A stretch of DNA of 63,102 bases, filler included, from Chiloscyllium plagiosum (GCF_004010195.1; 3 parts of one record of this genome joined end to end with filler, not necessarily neighbours in it); one strand, 5' to 3'. Positions 49,041 to 62,055 are shown, numbered from the whole stretch's first letter. Notes: generated from the letters alone by a model not told the origin. Translations and numbers: made by a program.

Positions 49041-49554
49041 ACTCAAAAGTCAACCACATCACTGTGTGTCAAAAGTTGGGCCAGAACTGGTTGGGGATGG
49101 TAGATTTCCTTCCCTGAAGGACATTAATGAACCAAATGGATTTTTATGATTATTTTATGGTTACTATTAGATTAGCTTTTAATTCCTGCTCCTAATTAGT
49201 GTGCTCTTATCTTTGGCTGTGGTTTGAAAACTTTGAGATAATTCCTTGGAATACTTTATGACTGAATTGCATTGCAGCCATCTGGATGCCACAAATTTTT
49301 ATTGGTATGAAATCTCCAGTTAAGCGCTTTAAAGCTCCCGTTAAATGTTTTATGGGAGCTGGTGATGAAGGATTGGAGGATTTGCAACGTCTGGCTGTTT
49401 CCTTCGAACCCAGCTGACAATTTTATTTTTGAGAAGGTAATGAAGTTACACGGCGGTTAAATTTTCACTGGATGAGAAAGGAACAAAGTAGATCAGCCAT
49501 GAATTCACTGACAGGACAACGCAGTCTCGATGGGCCAAATGGGCTACTTGTGGA

Positions 49555-50125
49555 GTCATAGAGTCATAGTCATAAACAGTCATAGAGTGCTACAGCATGG
49601 AAACAGACTCTTCAGTCCCAACCAGTCCATGCCGATCATAACCCCAAACTAATCTAGTCCCACCTGACCCATAGCCCTCCAAACCATCCCTATTCATGTA
49701 CTTTTAGATGTTGCAACTGTACCTGCATTCACCACTATCTCATTCCACATGTGAAACGCTCCCTGTGTAAAAAAGTTGCCCCTCATGTTCTTCTTTTAAC
49801 CTTTATCTTCTCACCTTAAAAATATGCCCCCTCATCTTGAAATCCCCCACCCCAGGGAAAGGACACCTGCCATTCACCTTATCTATAACCCTCATGATTT
49901 TATAAACCTCTATAAAGTCACCCCTCATCCTCCAATGCTCCAGTGAAAAATATCCCAGTCTCTCCCCATAGCTCAAACCCTCCATTCCCAGCAACATCCT
50001 GGTAAATCTCTTCTGAACCCTCTCCAGTCAAATAATATCCTTCCAATAACTGGGTGACTAGAACCGGACACAGTATCTAGAAAAGGCCTCACCAATGTCC
50101 TGTACAACCTCAACAGGACATCCCA
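49555..50125 (-). mobile_element. CR1 3' fragment with (gagtcata)n tail
   Basis: MLLGMEGLSYGERLGYFSLEHWRMRGDFIEVYKIM. Confidence 0.85.
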
Positions 50126-50315
50126 TTTTCTTATGTTTTAACATGTATTTGGCCACATAGACATGGTGAGGCTAAGTGGGTTATACCCTCACCTTAATGC
50201 TGAAGGACCATATGACCTTTGTTTCATTTTCAGAGACAAGGGCACAGAAGTCCAGGCCTCCTGCGCAGTATTGGGTAAGAATGGTGGGTGGAGGATCGTG
50301 CCGCACTGCCTGAGG

Positions 50316-50615
50316 TACGGGTATCCCCGGTTTTCAAAAGTTCGCTTTGCGTTACTTCACTTTTACGAAAGATCTACATGGAACAGAGAAAAATACAGCG
50401 CAGAACAAGTCCTTCAGCCCTCAATATTGCACCGACCTGTGAACTAGTCTCAGCTCGTCCCCCTACATTATCCCATCATCATCCATGTGCTTATCCAAAC
50501 ATCAGTGCCTGTTTTTGCTAACTGAAAGAGGATTTTCGCTTTTACGAGAGAAGGTGAAAGTTTTCCCATGTAAATGAATGCTTCTTCGCTTTACACCAGT
50601 TCGGCTTTCGAAGGG
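50316..50615. mobile_element. Possible Tc1/mariner (Tigger-like) MITE remnant with a CR1-tail insertion
   Basis: Starts ta-cgggtatcccc, with repeated cgctttt/ttacga motifs. No partner TIR was seen. Confidence 0.35.
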
Positions 50616-51640
50616 TCTGTCCTGTCTTTTTGGATGAATTGTTACATTGAAACTCCCGTGGGCTGTGCCCACTCACTGCTCCACGTCAGATCTTATCCTT
50701 CTGATAATAGCGCAGCCACAGATTATCTGGTTATGATCGCTGTTGCCGTTTCCAGGAGCTCCCCGTGCCCCAAATTGTCTCCCAACCGACAACAATGACT
50801 GTGCAGCAGTAGGTGTTGCGTTGGATTTGATGTGGGTGTGAAAACGTACGATATAAATGCAATTCTCTCTTTGACTGAAGTGACTGTGGAATATTGCTTT
50901 ATGATTTTTGAGAAGATTTGTAGCTCAGGTTGATGATTGCTTTATAATCCTCAAAAACAAAACGTGACTTTTATTTGCGCTGCTATGTCCTCAGATTACC
51001 TCAAAGTGTTTCACGGCTGATCATTGGTAAGCTAACATTCACCTCGAAAACAAACTAGTTGGATCTTCCAAACGAGCGAGTCTGCTGATGGAGGACAGTC
51101 AGACCCTGATGATTCCAGAAAGTTTTTTTTTAACAGGGTTTGAAAGGATAGTCTACTGTTGACAGAATCTTGGCTCAGCCAGCGGTTTATTATTGCTGGA
51201 CGTCAACCCTCTTTTCAAATTGCTCTGCTAACCTTCCAACTGCGAGTGGGAAAATCCTTCCCAAGCCTTAAGCCCTTCGCATTCCTTCAGAAGAGGGGTT
51301 TGTGGAAAAACAGAATCTCTCGAGGTGAAATGTGAGGGAGGAAAGCCAGCGATGCGGGGTTATCAGTGGGAGAAAGAACAGGCTCGCGTCACCAGAGCAT
51401 GGAATAGTTACAGCATAGAGGGAGGCCCTGTTGTTCACGCACAGGCTTTTCAAACATTGACTAATGCACACCCTTACATGCCACTTCAATCGCAATAACC
51501 ATCCAACAGCCTCTGGGATGCCTCAATTGAACCTGCCTCCACCACATTTCCGGACAGCGCATTATATAAAAGTCAAATTCCTGTGTCAAATGTCTTTCCA
51601 CAGAGGTGCTAATCTCTGCGTAACAGTGCCCTTGAGTTAA

Positions 51641-51850
51641 TGGGTGGCATGGGTAACAGAATGGTTAGTACTGCTGTCTCACAGCGCTAGGGGCCTGGGT
51701 TCAATTCCACCCTCGGATGACTGTCCGTATGGAATTTGCACATTCTCCCCGCGTCTGCGTGGGTTCCCTCCAGGTGCTCTGGTTTCCCCCCTCAGTCCAA
51801 AGACCTGCAGGTTAGGATGGATTGGCCATGCTAAACCATCCCGCGGTATG
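51641..51850 (+). mobile_element. Diverged HE1-type SINE
   Basis: ggttagtactgctgtctcacagcgctagggg, gggttcaattcc and a V-domain. Confidence 0.75.
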
Positions 51851-52637
51851 CAGGCTAGTTGAATTGGCTGGGCTGAATTTGCCCTGTAATGTTCAGGAGG
51901 GTGCAGGCCAGTTGCGTTACAAACTCAGGGGAAGTCATGGAGGGCTACAGCACAGAAAAAAAGCCCTTAAGCCCATTGACTCTGTGCTGGTTAAGAGCAA
52001 CCACCTAATTATTCTCATCCCATTTTCCAGCATTTGACTCAAGCCCTTGTATGTCTTGGCATCACTCGTGCCCATCGAAATACCTCTTCAATGTGCCTCT
52101 CCTCCCATCTCACAGGCAGTGAGTTTCAGATTCCTACCACCTTCTGGGAAAAGATGCTTTTCCTCAAATCCCCTTTAAACCTCCTGCCCCTTGTCTTAGA
52201 TCTATGTCCCTGCTTATTGATCCCTCTATCAAAGGGAAATATGCCTTCCCATCTACCCTGTCTATGCTCCTCATAGTTCATACATCTCAAACATGACTCC
52301 CTCAATCTCCTCTGCTCTAAGGAAACCAACTTCAGTCTGTCCAATCTCTCCTCATCACTGGAACTCTCCAGCCCAGGCAACATCCTGGTAAATCTTTTCT
52401 GCACCTTATCCAGTGCTATCACATTGCTGGATGACCTGCTCTATGGACAGGAAGTGTGGGTTCAAATCCAATCACAGCATCTGGGGCAATTAAACATCGA
52501 TTTTCAAGAGAAACTAGATTGATAGCCAGTCTCAGAGATGGTGAAAATGCCAGTCATCATTGACTGCTGTACATACCCATGTTTCTTTAGTGGAGAACAT
52601 CTACTCTTCTTACCTGGTCTGCCCTACTGGAGAGCAG

Positions 52638-52785
52638 AGCTGAAAATGTGTTGCTGGAAAAGCACAGCAGGTCAGGCAGCATCCAAGGAACAGGAGAATC
52701 GACATAAGCCCGAAAGAAGCCCTGCACTTTTCCAGCAACACATTTTCAGCTCTGATCTCCAGCATCTGCAGTCCTCACTTTCTCC
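52638..52785 (+). mobile_element. Compact PLE inverted insertion with TSD
   Basis: Arms agctgaaaatgtgttgctggaaaag and cttttccagcaacacattttcagct, with tail; cctactggagagcag at 52623-52637 and 52784-52798. Confidence 0.85.
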
Positions 52786-52856
52786 TACTGGAGAGCAGGG
52801 TGAGCTTAGCACCCTAAGACAGGGAGTCAGAATTGTTACAGCTTAGAAGGAAGCTG

Positions 52857-53165
52857 AGTTTTGAGAAGATTTGTAGCTCAAATTGAGGTTCTGGATGTAG
52901 GTTTCCTCATTGACCTGGAAGGTTCATTTTCAGACGTTTCGTCACCACACTAGGTAACATCTTCAGTGAGCTTCCGGATTAAGCACTAATAGTGCAGCCG
53001 GCTTTCTATTTATATATTTGGGCTTCCTTGGGTTCGGTTTCCTAATGGTGATGTCATTTCCTGTTCTTTTTTCTCAGGGAGTGTTAAATGAGATCCGAGT
53101 CAATGTGTTTGTTGATAGAGTTCCGGTTAGAATGTCATGCTTCTAGGAATTCTTGTGCATGTCTC
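52857..53165 (-). mobile_element. Poseidon-like PLE 3' end
   Basis: Reverse translation RHAQEFLEA*HSNRNSINKHID (GIY-YIG C-terminus), followed by the pLTR. Confidence 0.8.
52930..52970 (-). ncRNA. Minimal type-I hammerhead ribozyme (PLE family C)
   Basis: Reverse strand: cuca-CUGAAGA-U-GUUACC(UAGUGU)GGUGAC-GAAAC-GUC-uga; stem I uca/uga and palindromic ACGU. Confidence 0.7.
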
Positions 53166-53204
53166 TGGAGGGAAGGAAGCCATTCAACCCATCATGTTTC
53201 TTGC

Positions 53205-54245
53205 TGTGAAACCTGAAAGGATTCAGAAAACATTTACGAGGATGTTGCCAGGTTGGAGGGTTTGAGCTATAGGGAAAGGCTGAACAGGCTGGGGCTATTT
53301 TCCCTGGAGGGTCGGACGCTGAGGGGAGACCTTAAAGTGGTTTATCAAATCCTATGGGGCATGGATAGGGTAAATAGGCAAGGCATTTTCCCTGGGTAGG
53401 GGGAGTCCAGAATTAGAGGGCATAGGTTTAAGGTTGCAGTGGAAAGGTATAATAGGGACCTGAGGAGCAACGTTTTCACACAGAGGGTGGTACGTGTATG
53501 GAATGTGTTGCCAGAGGAAGTGGTGGAGGCTGGTACAATTACAGCATTTAATAGCCGTCTTGATGGGTAAATGAATAGGAAGGGTTTGGAGTGATATGGA
53601 CCAAGAGGGCTGTTGTCGGCTGCAAAGGGACTTAGATATGATGCAGAGCTGGGCTGAGGAGTGGCAGATGGAGTTCAACCCTGTCAAGTGTGAGGTTGTC
53701 CATTTTGGAAGGACAAATAAGAATGCAGAATACAGGGTTAACGATAGGGTTCTTAGTAAGGTGGAGGAGCAGAGGGATCTTGGGGTCTATGTTCATAGAT
53801 CTTTGAAAGTTGCCACTCAGGTGGAGAGAGCTTGTAAGAAGGCCTATGGTGGATAAGCGTTCATTAGCAGAGGGATTGAATTCAAGAGTCATGAAGTGAT
53901 GTTACAGCTGTACAGGACTTTGGTTAGGCCACATTTCGAGTACTGTGTGCAGTTCTGGTCACCTCACTTTAGGAAAGATGTCGAAGCTTTGGAGAGGCTG
54001 GCAGAGTCAGAATCTTTGGTGACCTTTAAGCGGCAATTGGATAGGTACATGGATAGGTGCTTAAGCTCGGACAAATGTTCGGCACAACATCGTGGGCTGA
54101 AGGGCCTGTTCTGTGCTGTATTGTTCTATGTTCTATGCTCTAAGTGCTGGCAAATAGGACTAGATTAGGTTAGGATATCTGCGTCAGCATGAATGAGTTG
54201 GACCGAAGGGTCTGTTTCCGTCCTGTACATCTCTATGACTCTATG
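53205..54245 (+). mobile_element. CR1 3' end with a second CR1 subfamily (about 53605-54140) nested in it
   Basis: The outer CR1 UTR is split at gatatggaccaag / aagtgctggc. The inner piece encodes LQRDLDMMQSWAEEWQMEFNPVKCEV and ends (ttctatg)n. Confidence 0.8.
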
Positions 54246-54509
54246 TTTGCACTGGCTTGTTAAGTGTCCATCATCACCTGGTGCCAATTACCTACATTTT
54301 CCCTGTACCACTGCACATTATCTTTATCCAAATGAGCACCTAATGGATGGGAAGAGGCTTTATTTTTAGTGCCTTTCTATGCATTTCTGCAATGGGCACA
54401 CTTCTGGCATATTTGTTATCCATCCCTAACTGACCCATAGAGTCATACAGATGTATGACCATTCACTCTGACCAGTCCATGCTGATTAGGTATCAGTAGG
54501 ATAAGAAGT

Positions 54510-55140
54510 AGAATTCAGTTTATTGCCATGTGTAGTCAAGTTACAAAAGGGAGTACAGCAGAAAGTGTATAATGTCATCAATACATAACACCTTCTTAAT
54601 TACAAAGTACAAAGCTTAGGTGAAAAAAATGTGAAATAAAGGAAAAAGGTTACCCTTCATTGCAGACATGCATAAGTTAGGAAAGTAAGAAATAAAGTTA
54701 AAAAGATAGACATTCAGTCTTCCTATAATCAACTAGGAGAAAGTGAGGACTGCAGGTGCTAGAGATCAGAGTCGAGAGTGTGGCGCTGGGAAAGCACAGC
54801 CAATCAGGCAGCATCCAAGGAGCAGGAGAATCAACATTTTGAGCATAAGCCCTTCATCAGGAATGTCGACTCTCCTCCTCGGATGCTGCCTGACCTGCTT
54901 TGCTTTTCCGGTGCCACACTCTTCGAGTCTTTCTGTAATGGCCTCCACGTGGTCTGACTGGGCTCCACTGCCAACCAGCCGGCAGCCATCTTTGATCTGG
55001 GCCCAGTGGGCTGTCGAGAAGAAAGACAGAAGAGAAAGAAATGAAAAACATGAGAGAGAAAAAAGTGAAAAAGAAAGGAAAGGGAATGTACAGAACGGAT
55101 GAGCTCCAGCCGGAGCATTCTATTTCTCCACCATCCTGTC
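54510..55140 (-). mobile_element. Non-autonomous AAGATGG-family element with a nested inverted PLE (about 54735-54925)
   Basis: Reverse 5' aggatggtggagaaatag and 3' ctacacatggcaataaa; PLE arms and tail lie inside. Confidence 0.55.
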
Positions 55141-55282
55141 AATATATCCTAAATTAATCTAGTCAGATTTGCCAACAGTTGGCCCATACCACTCTAAATC
55201 TGATGAAGGAGCTGTGCTCTGAAAGTTTGTGATTTCAAATGAACCTGCTGGACTATAACCTGGTGTTGTGTGACTTCTGACT

Positions 55283-55490
55283 TTGGAAATATATCCCCAT
55301 TCCTTCAGTGTCGCTGGGTCAACATCTTGGAATTCCCTCCCCCAGAGCATTGTGGGTCAACCCACGGCCAGGTGGACTGCAGCGGTTCAAGGGGCAGCTC
55401 ACCCCCACCTTATCAAGGGGCAACTAGGGACAGGCAATAAATGCTGGGCCCAGCCAGCGATGCCCACATCCCAAAATTGAATTTAAAAAA
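55283..55490 (+). mobile_element. Zenon/L2-like LINE 3' tail
   Basis: Reverse complement of 19045-19250. Confidence 0.8.
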
Positions 55491-55497
55491 ATCTGTG

Positions 55498-55868
55498 GCT
55501 TATAAAATCATGAGGGGCATGGATAGGGTAAACAGACAAGGTCTTTTCTCTGGGGTGTGGGAGTCCAGAACTAGAGGGCATAGGTTTAGGGCGAGAGGGA
55601 AAAGATTCAAAAGAGACCGAAGGGGCAACATTGTCATGCAGAGGGTGGTACGTGTATGGAATGAGCTGCCAGAGGAAGTGGTGGAGGCTGATACAATTAC
55701 AACATTTAAGAGGCATGTGGATGGGTATATGAATAGGAAGGGTTTGGAGGGATATGGGCCAAGGCTGGCAAATGGGACTAGATTAGGTTGGGATATCTGG
55801 TCAGCATGGACGAGTTGGACTGAAGGGTATGTTTGCATGCTGTACATCTCTATGGCTATGATTCTATA
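55498..55868 (+). mobile_element. CR1 3' end
   Basis: YKIMRGMDRVN...QRVVRVWNELPEEVVEA and the 3' UTR. Confidence 0.9.
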
Positions 55869-56326
55869 ATTGAGACTAAATCAAATTCAGATTTACCAAC
55901 TGAATTTAAATTGCCCGCAGCTTCCTTGGTGAGTTTTGAACTCATTTTCTCAGAACATTAGCTCTTCTCTGTGAGTTCAAAATTAGTGATTTTTACCCAA
56001 TGAGATTTGCTGATCAGTCAAACAGCCTTTTTTGAACTGTTTTTCCAATATTTTAATGGCTACGTAATAAAAGCATTCAAAAAGAAGAGAGAAAAACACA
56101 TTATCTTTAATGCCTTATCATTTTCCTCCTGGGATTCACACTCAGCAATGTCCTGGAGAGTAAATATCATTCCCAGGAATTTAAAGCCAGCCTAGCCCTA
56201 TAACAACATCATTAATCAGGTCCTCTGGCTCTCGGAATTATTGTGATCAATTGGAAGAGGTTTCCTAAATTCTCACTGTCATCTGGAAAAGTTTACAGGA
56301 AATAGCAAACAATAATTCCACTGTTA

Positions 56327-56820
56327 GAGACAAAAAAACACTGCAGATGCTGGAATCCAAAGTAGACAGGCAGGAGGCTGGAAGAACACGGCAAGCCAGG
56401 CAGCAGCAGGAGGGGAGACGTTGACATTTCAGGTGATGGTTCGGTTACACCTAGGCTCAGTGGTTAGCACTGCTGCCTCACAGCGCCAGGGACCCAGGTT
56501 CGATTCCAACCTCGGGAAACTGTCTGTGTGGTATATGCACATTCTCCCCGTGTCTGTGTGGGTTTCCTCCAGGTGCTCCGGTTTTCTCCCACAGTCCAAA
56601 GATGTGAAGTTTGGGTGAGTTGGCCATGCTAAATTGCCCATAACATTAGGTGTATTAGTCAGTCGGAAATGGGTCTGGGTGGGTTACTCTTCAGAGGGTC
56701 GGTGTGGACGTGTTGGGCCGAAGGGCCTTTATCCACACTGTAGGGAATCTAATCTAATCTAATCTCCACCTCCTGATGCTGCCTGGCTTGCTGTGTCCCT
56801 CCAGCCTTCTGCCTGTCTGT
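56327..56820. mobile_element. Inverted PLE pLTR pair with an HE1 SINE (56453-56765, +) nested inside
   Basis: Arms agacaggcaggaggctggaag and ctccagccttctgcctgtct; caataattcca repeated at 56310-56320 and 56821-56831. Confidence 0.7.
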
Positions 56821-57199
56821 CAATAATTCCAAGTTGCCCGCAGTTTCCAGAGTCTTATAAGGACTGGCAATGATTAGCTATGAGGTGAGAGCGGGAGCAG
56901 GATACTGTATTGGATGATCAGCTGATGTGGCAGTTTACAAGAACGGTTCCAGGAATGAGAAACTTTGGGATGGATTGGGATTGTTCTCCCTGGAGAGAAG
57001 AGAGCGAAGAGGACTGAGTGGGCGAGACAGTGGGTGAAGCTGTAAAGAGGAACAAGATCTAGAAGGTGTCGATTTAAAGCAATGTGCAAAAGAATCAAGA
57101 ATGAGATGAGGGAACATGTTTTGTACTCAGTGAATATGGAATGCACTGCCTGGCAATGTGGTGGAGGCAGGTTCAACTGAGGCATTCAAGAGGGGCATT

Positions 57200-57505
57200 G
57201 ATTAGATTAGATTCCCTACCATGTGGAAACAGGCCCTTCAACCCAACCAGTCCACACCGACCCTCCGAAGAGTAACCCACCCAAAACTATTTCCCTCTGA
57301 CTAACACACCTAACACTATGGGGCAATTTTAGCATGGCCAATCCCCCCTAACCTGCATATCTTTGGACCGTGGGAGGAAACCGGAGCACCCAGAGGAAAG
57401 CCACGCAGACACAGGGAGAACGTGCAAACTCCAGACAGACAGTCGCCTGAGGCTGGAATCGAACCTGAGACCCTGGTGCTGTGAGGCTGCAGTGCTAACC
57501 ACTGA
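57200..57505 (-). mobile_element. HE1-type V-SINE inside a CR1 remnant
   Basis: (attag)n tail, reverse V-domain and head. Confidence 0.85.
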
Positions 57506-57999
57506 ATGATTTGGTAATGGTATGCAAATGTGTACTGAAAGGCTGGAGATTGGCATTAGCTTACAGAACCAGACTAAATACTGAAGGTGGTGCAGGGACA
57601 ATTGGCTAAATGGCTTTCTTCCATACCACAATAATTCTGCGATATTTAAATGGGAGAGCAGGCTGGAAGGGCCGAATGTCCAAATCCACCTCTTGTTTCC
57701 TACATTCCTATGTTTCTACATCTGGTCAGCCGCAGGGATAGTCTTAACACTTGGAAGTTCCCATGCGTGCCAACCCCATCATGTTCCAACCCGGATTTAC
57801 GTTGAAAAGATGAAAGGTCAACTGATTCTGCCTTCGGAGGAACCAAGAATGAATGAATTAAAAAAATGTTGAGTATTTTGTCTATTATTCTGCCATTCAA
57901 AGAGACTAGTCTGATATGCAATTCCAACTTCTTACCCAGGGCTTTAACCCCCCACCCCTCCCTCTCAGGCCTCAGGGTCTACAGTTAACACCATCTTAC

Positions 58000-59942
58000 T
58001 CATGCCCTTCAGGAAATGGAATCTGCCATCCTCCCCTGGTCTGGCCAACATGTGACCCAAAGCGATGTTGTTAACTCTCAGTTGCTCTCTGAAATGGCCG
58101 AGCAAGCCACTCAGTTGTGTCAATCGTTACAAAGTCTCAACAAAGAAATAAGACCAGATGGATCACCTACCATCGACCTAGGCCTGAGCAGACCACAGTA
58201 GAAACAGCCCTGCCAAACCTGCAGAGTCCTCCACACTAACATCTGTGCATTAGGGCCAACATTGGGAGAAAGTGAGGACTGCAGATGCTGGAGATCAGAG
58301 CTGAAAAATGTGTTGCTGGAAAAGGCACAGCAGGTCAGGCAGCATCCAAGGAGCAGGAGAATCGACGTTTCGGGCATAAGCCCTTCTTCAGGAATGAGGA
58401 GGGTGTTCCAAGCAGGCTATAGATAAAAGGTAGGGAGGAGGGACTTGGGGGAGGGGTGTTGGGAATGCGATAGGTGGAAGGAGGTTAAGGTGNNNNNNNN
58501 NNNNNNNNNNNNNNNNNNNNNNNNNNNNNNNNNNNNNNNNNNNNNNNNNNNNNNNNNNNNNNNNNNNNNNNNNNNNNNNNNNNNNNNNNNNNNNNNNNNN
58601 NNNNNNNNNNNNNNNNNNNNNNNNNNNNNNNNNNNNNNNNNNNNNNNNNNNNNNNNNNNNNNNNNNNNNNNNNNNNNNNNNNNNNNNNNNNNNNNNNNNN
58701 NNNNNNNNNNNNNNNNNNNNNNNNNNNNNNNNNNNNNNNNNNNNNNNNNNNNNNNNNNNNNNNNNNNNNNNNNNNNNNNNNNNNNNNNNNNNNNNNNNNN
58801 NNNNNNNNNNNNNNNNNNNNNNNNNNNNNNNNNNNNNNNNNNNNNNNNNNNNNNNNNNNNNNNNNNNNNNNNNNNNNNNNNNNNNNNNNNNNNNNNNNNN
58901 NNNNNNNNNNNNNNNNNNNNNNNNNNNNNNNNNNNNNNNNNNNNNNNNNNNNNNNNNNNNNNNNNNNNNNNNNNNNNNNNNNNNNNNNNNNNNNNNNNNN
59001 NNNNNNNNNNNNNNNNNNNNNNNNNNNNNNNNNNNNNNNNNNNNNNNNNNNNNNNNNNNNNNNNNNNNNNNNNNNNNNNNNNNNNNNNNNNNNNNNNNNN
59101 NNNNNNNNNNNNNNNNNNNNNNNNNNNNNNNNNNNNNNNNNNNNNNNNNNNNNNNNNNNNNNNNNNNNNNNNNNNNNNNNNNNNNNNNNNNNNNNNNNNN
59201 NNNNNNNNNNNNNNNNNNNNNNNNNNNNNNNNNNNNNNNNNNNNNNNNNNNNNNNNNNNNNNNNNNNNNNNNNNNNNNNNNNNNNNNNNNNNNNNNNNNN
59301 NNNNNNNNNNNNNNNNNNNNNNNNNNNNNNNNNNNNNNNNNNNNNNNNNNNNNNNNNNNNNNNNNNNNNNNNNNNNNNNNNNNNNNNNNNNNNNNNNNNN
59401 NNNNNNNNNNNNNNNNNNNNNNNNNNNNNNGTCCTGTCCCACCGGGAGGACAGACCCAGCAGAGTGGGCAGCACAGTGGAATATAGTCAGGAGGGAGTTA
59501 CTCTGGGAGTCCTCAACATTGACTCCAGACCCCATGAAGCCTCATGGCTTCAGGTTAAACATGGGCAAGGAACCCTCCTGCTGGTTCCCACGTACCGCCC
59601 TCCCTCAGCTGATGGATCAGTTTCTCCTCCATGTTGAACAACACTTGGAGGGAGCACTGAGGGTGGTAAGGACACAGAGTGTACTCTGGGTGGGGGGTTT
59701 CACTGTCCACCACCAAGAGGGGCTGGGCAGCAGCATTACGGACCGAGCTGGTCGGGTCCTAAAGGACACAGCTGCTAGACTGGGTCTGCGGCAGGTGGGG
59801 AGGGAACCAACAAGAGGGAAAAACACACTCAACCTCATCCTTCCCAATCTGCCGGCTGCAGGTGCATCTGTCCATGACAGTATCGGTAAGAGTGACCACC
59901 GCACAGTGCTAGTGGAGACAAAGTCCCACCTTCACACTGAGA
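58000..59942 (+). mobile_element. Zenon/L2-like LINE 5' region and APE endonuclease, interrupted by a PLE (58264-58492, -) and an N gap
   Basis: TNICALGPTLGE (EN start-like) at about 58235. After the gap: VLSHREDRPSRVGSTV and GREPTRGKNTLNLILPNLPAAGASVHDSIGKSDHRTVLVETK. Confidence 0.65.
58358..58395 (-). ncRNA. Minimal hammerhead ribozyme core (PLE family A)
   Basis: Reverse strand: auuc-CUGAAGA-A-GGGC(UUAU)GCCC-GAAAC-GUC-gauuc. Confidence 0.6.
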
Positions 59943-60444
59943 AGTCCTATAAGTGAATAAAGAGATCTTTTAACCTCGATATAGAATTAACAATTAATCT
60001 ACCATCGGGTATGTAATCTAGATCAGTGTGTGTCATTAAAATTTAATGAAGGTTAAAATAAAATGAATTGGATTAACATTGTAAAGTTATTAACTTTGGA
60101 AGGGGTGGGTTGCTGCAAACATTTCATTAACTGGCGCCTCTGGGACTATGAGTGTACTGGTTGATTAATATTCCAGATAATCAAGAGGTACACATAAACG
60201 CAGTGTACCCTGAGACATCAACATCCCTCAAAAAGTCTGTAAAACATCAACACACCCTCCTTAAATCACACATTAAGTTGTAGGAAGGCAATGTAGGGGG
60301 TATAGGCATGCCTGTTATACTGATCGCACAAACACCCAGATATTGCGGTGGATCGTGGTGTTTGAGGTACAGACATTTTTCTGGGTAATCAAGAGCATTG
60401 GTGACATGGTGCCAGTAAAAACAAAGTTTGCTGCATTTCTAACA

Positions 60445-62055
60445 TGGTCAAAAATCACACGACACCAGGTTACTGTCCAACAGGTTTATTTGAAACTGAG
60501 AGCTTTCAGAACCCCACTCCTTCCTCAGGTAAGAGAGAATACATCAGACACAGAATTGATAAGCAAAAGATCAAAGGGTCATACCACTGATGTGAATGTA
60601 TTGAACATACCTAGATTACTAATAAGGCTTTAATCAGTCAGAATGGAGACACAGGTTTCGATTGATTCATATGTAAATCTCAGAATTTCTTTCAAGTCAC
60701 AGCCCCAAGATAACTTAAGGCTTTATCAGTATTAAAGGAAAGTGTCATAGAATCATAGAGATGTACAGCATGGAAACAGACCCTTCAGTCTAACCAGTCC
60801 ATGCCGACCAGATATCCTATTGGAGCCACCGATGATTTATTTCACTGGATTTTACAAGAGAATATCAGATTTAGTACATAACATTAAGTATCTATGAAAC
60901 CAAAGTTTAATTCACAAATGCTATTTAGATACAGTCCTAGAGATGTATACAGACCATGGAAACAGACCCTTCGGCCCAACACGTCCATACCAATCAGATA
61001 TCCCAACCCAATCTAGTCCCACCTGCCAGCACCTAGCCCATCTCCCTCCAAACCCTTCCTATTCATATACCCATCCAAATGCCTCTTAAATGTTGCATCT
61101 GTACCAGCCTCCACCACTTCCTCTGGCAGCTCATTCCATACACGTACCACCCTCTGCGTCTTTTATATCTTTCCCCTCTCATCCTAAACCTATGCCCTCT
61201 AGTTCTGGACTCCCCGACCCCAGAGAAAATACTTTGTTTATTTATCCTATCCAATCCCCTTATGATTTTATAAACCTCTATAAGGTCACCCCTCAGCTCC
61301 AGGGAAAACAGCCCCAGCCTGTTCAGCCTCTCCCTGTAGCTCAAATCCTCCAACCCTGGCAACATTCTTGTAAATCTTTTCTGAACCCTTTCAAGTTTCA
61401 CAATATCTTTTCGAAAGGAAGGAGACCAGAATTACACACTATATTCCAAAGGTGGCCTGACCAATGTCCTGTACAGCCGCAACATGACCTCCCAACTCCT
61501 GTACTCAATACTCTGACCAATAAAGGAAAGCATACCAAACGTTGCCTTCACTATCCTATCTACCTGCGACTCCACTTTCAAGGAGCTATGAACCTGCACT
61601 CTAAGGACTCTTTGTTCAGCAACACTCCCTAGGACCTTACCATCAAGTGTATACATCCTGCTAAGATTTGCTTTCCCAAAATGCAGCACCTCGCATTTAT
61701 CTGAATTAAACTTCATCTGTCACTTCTCAGCACCATCTCAGTCCAGACAATGCATTTTTGGCGTGAGGTCTTATTTCGAGTTTGTTTGTGTCTCAACCTG
61801 GAGTCAGACTGGTTTTATTTCCAAAGTAGGAATTTATAACATGCCACATTGACTGATTGCCCACAGGTTGTAAATGTTTTGAACAAAATAGAATATCTGC
61901 AAATACAAATCTGCAAATGAAAATTCACGCAATCGGTTTATCTGTGTGTATGCGTATGAAGGAGAAAGAGAGTGCGTGCGTGTGCGTGCGCCCTCTTTCT
62001 TAAGCGCGCACACAAACACACACACATACATCTATGGGGTGAATTTGTATTTCCC
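60445..62055 (-). mobile_element. PLE family B 3' remnant interrupted by CR1 (about 60746-61730, -)
   Basis: aaaaatcacacgacaccaggttac...gagctttcagaaccccactccttcctcagg; CR1 peptides KFNSDKCEVLHFGKAN and LERVQKRFTRMLPG. Confidence 0.7.

Noticed and set aside
58417..59956. Long ORFs of 329-503 aa (similar ones at 24154-24648 and 31158-32115)
   Set aside because: Their length comes from N runs. Only the flanking LINE peptides are real.
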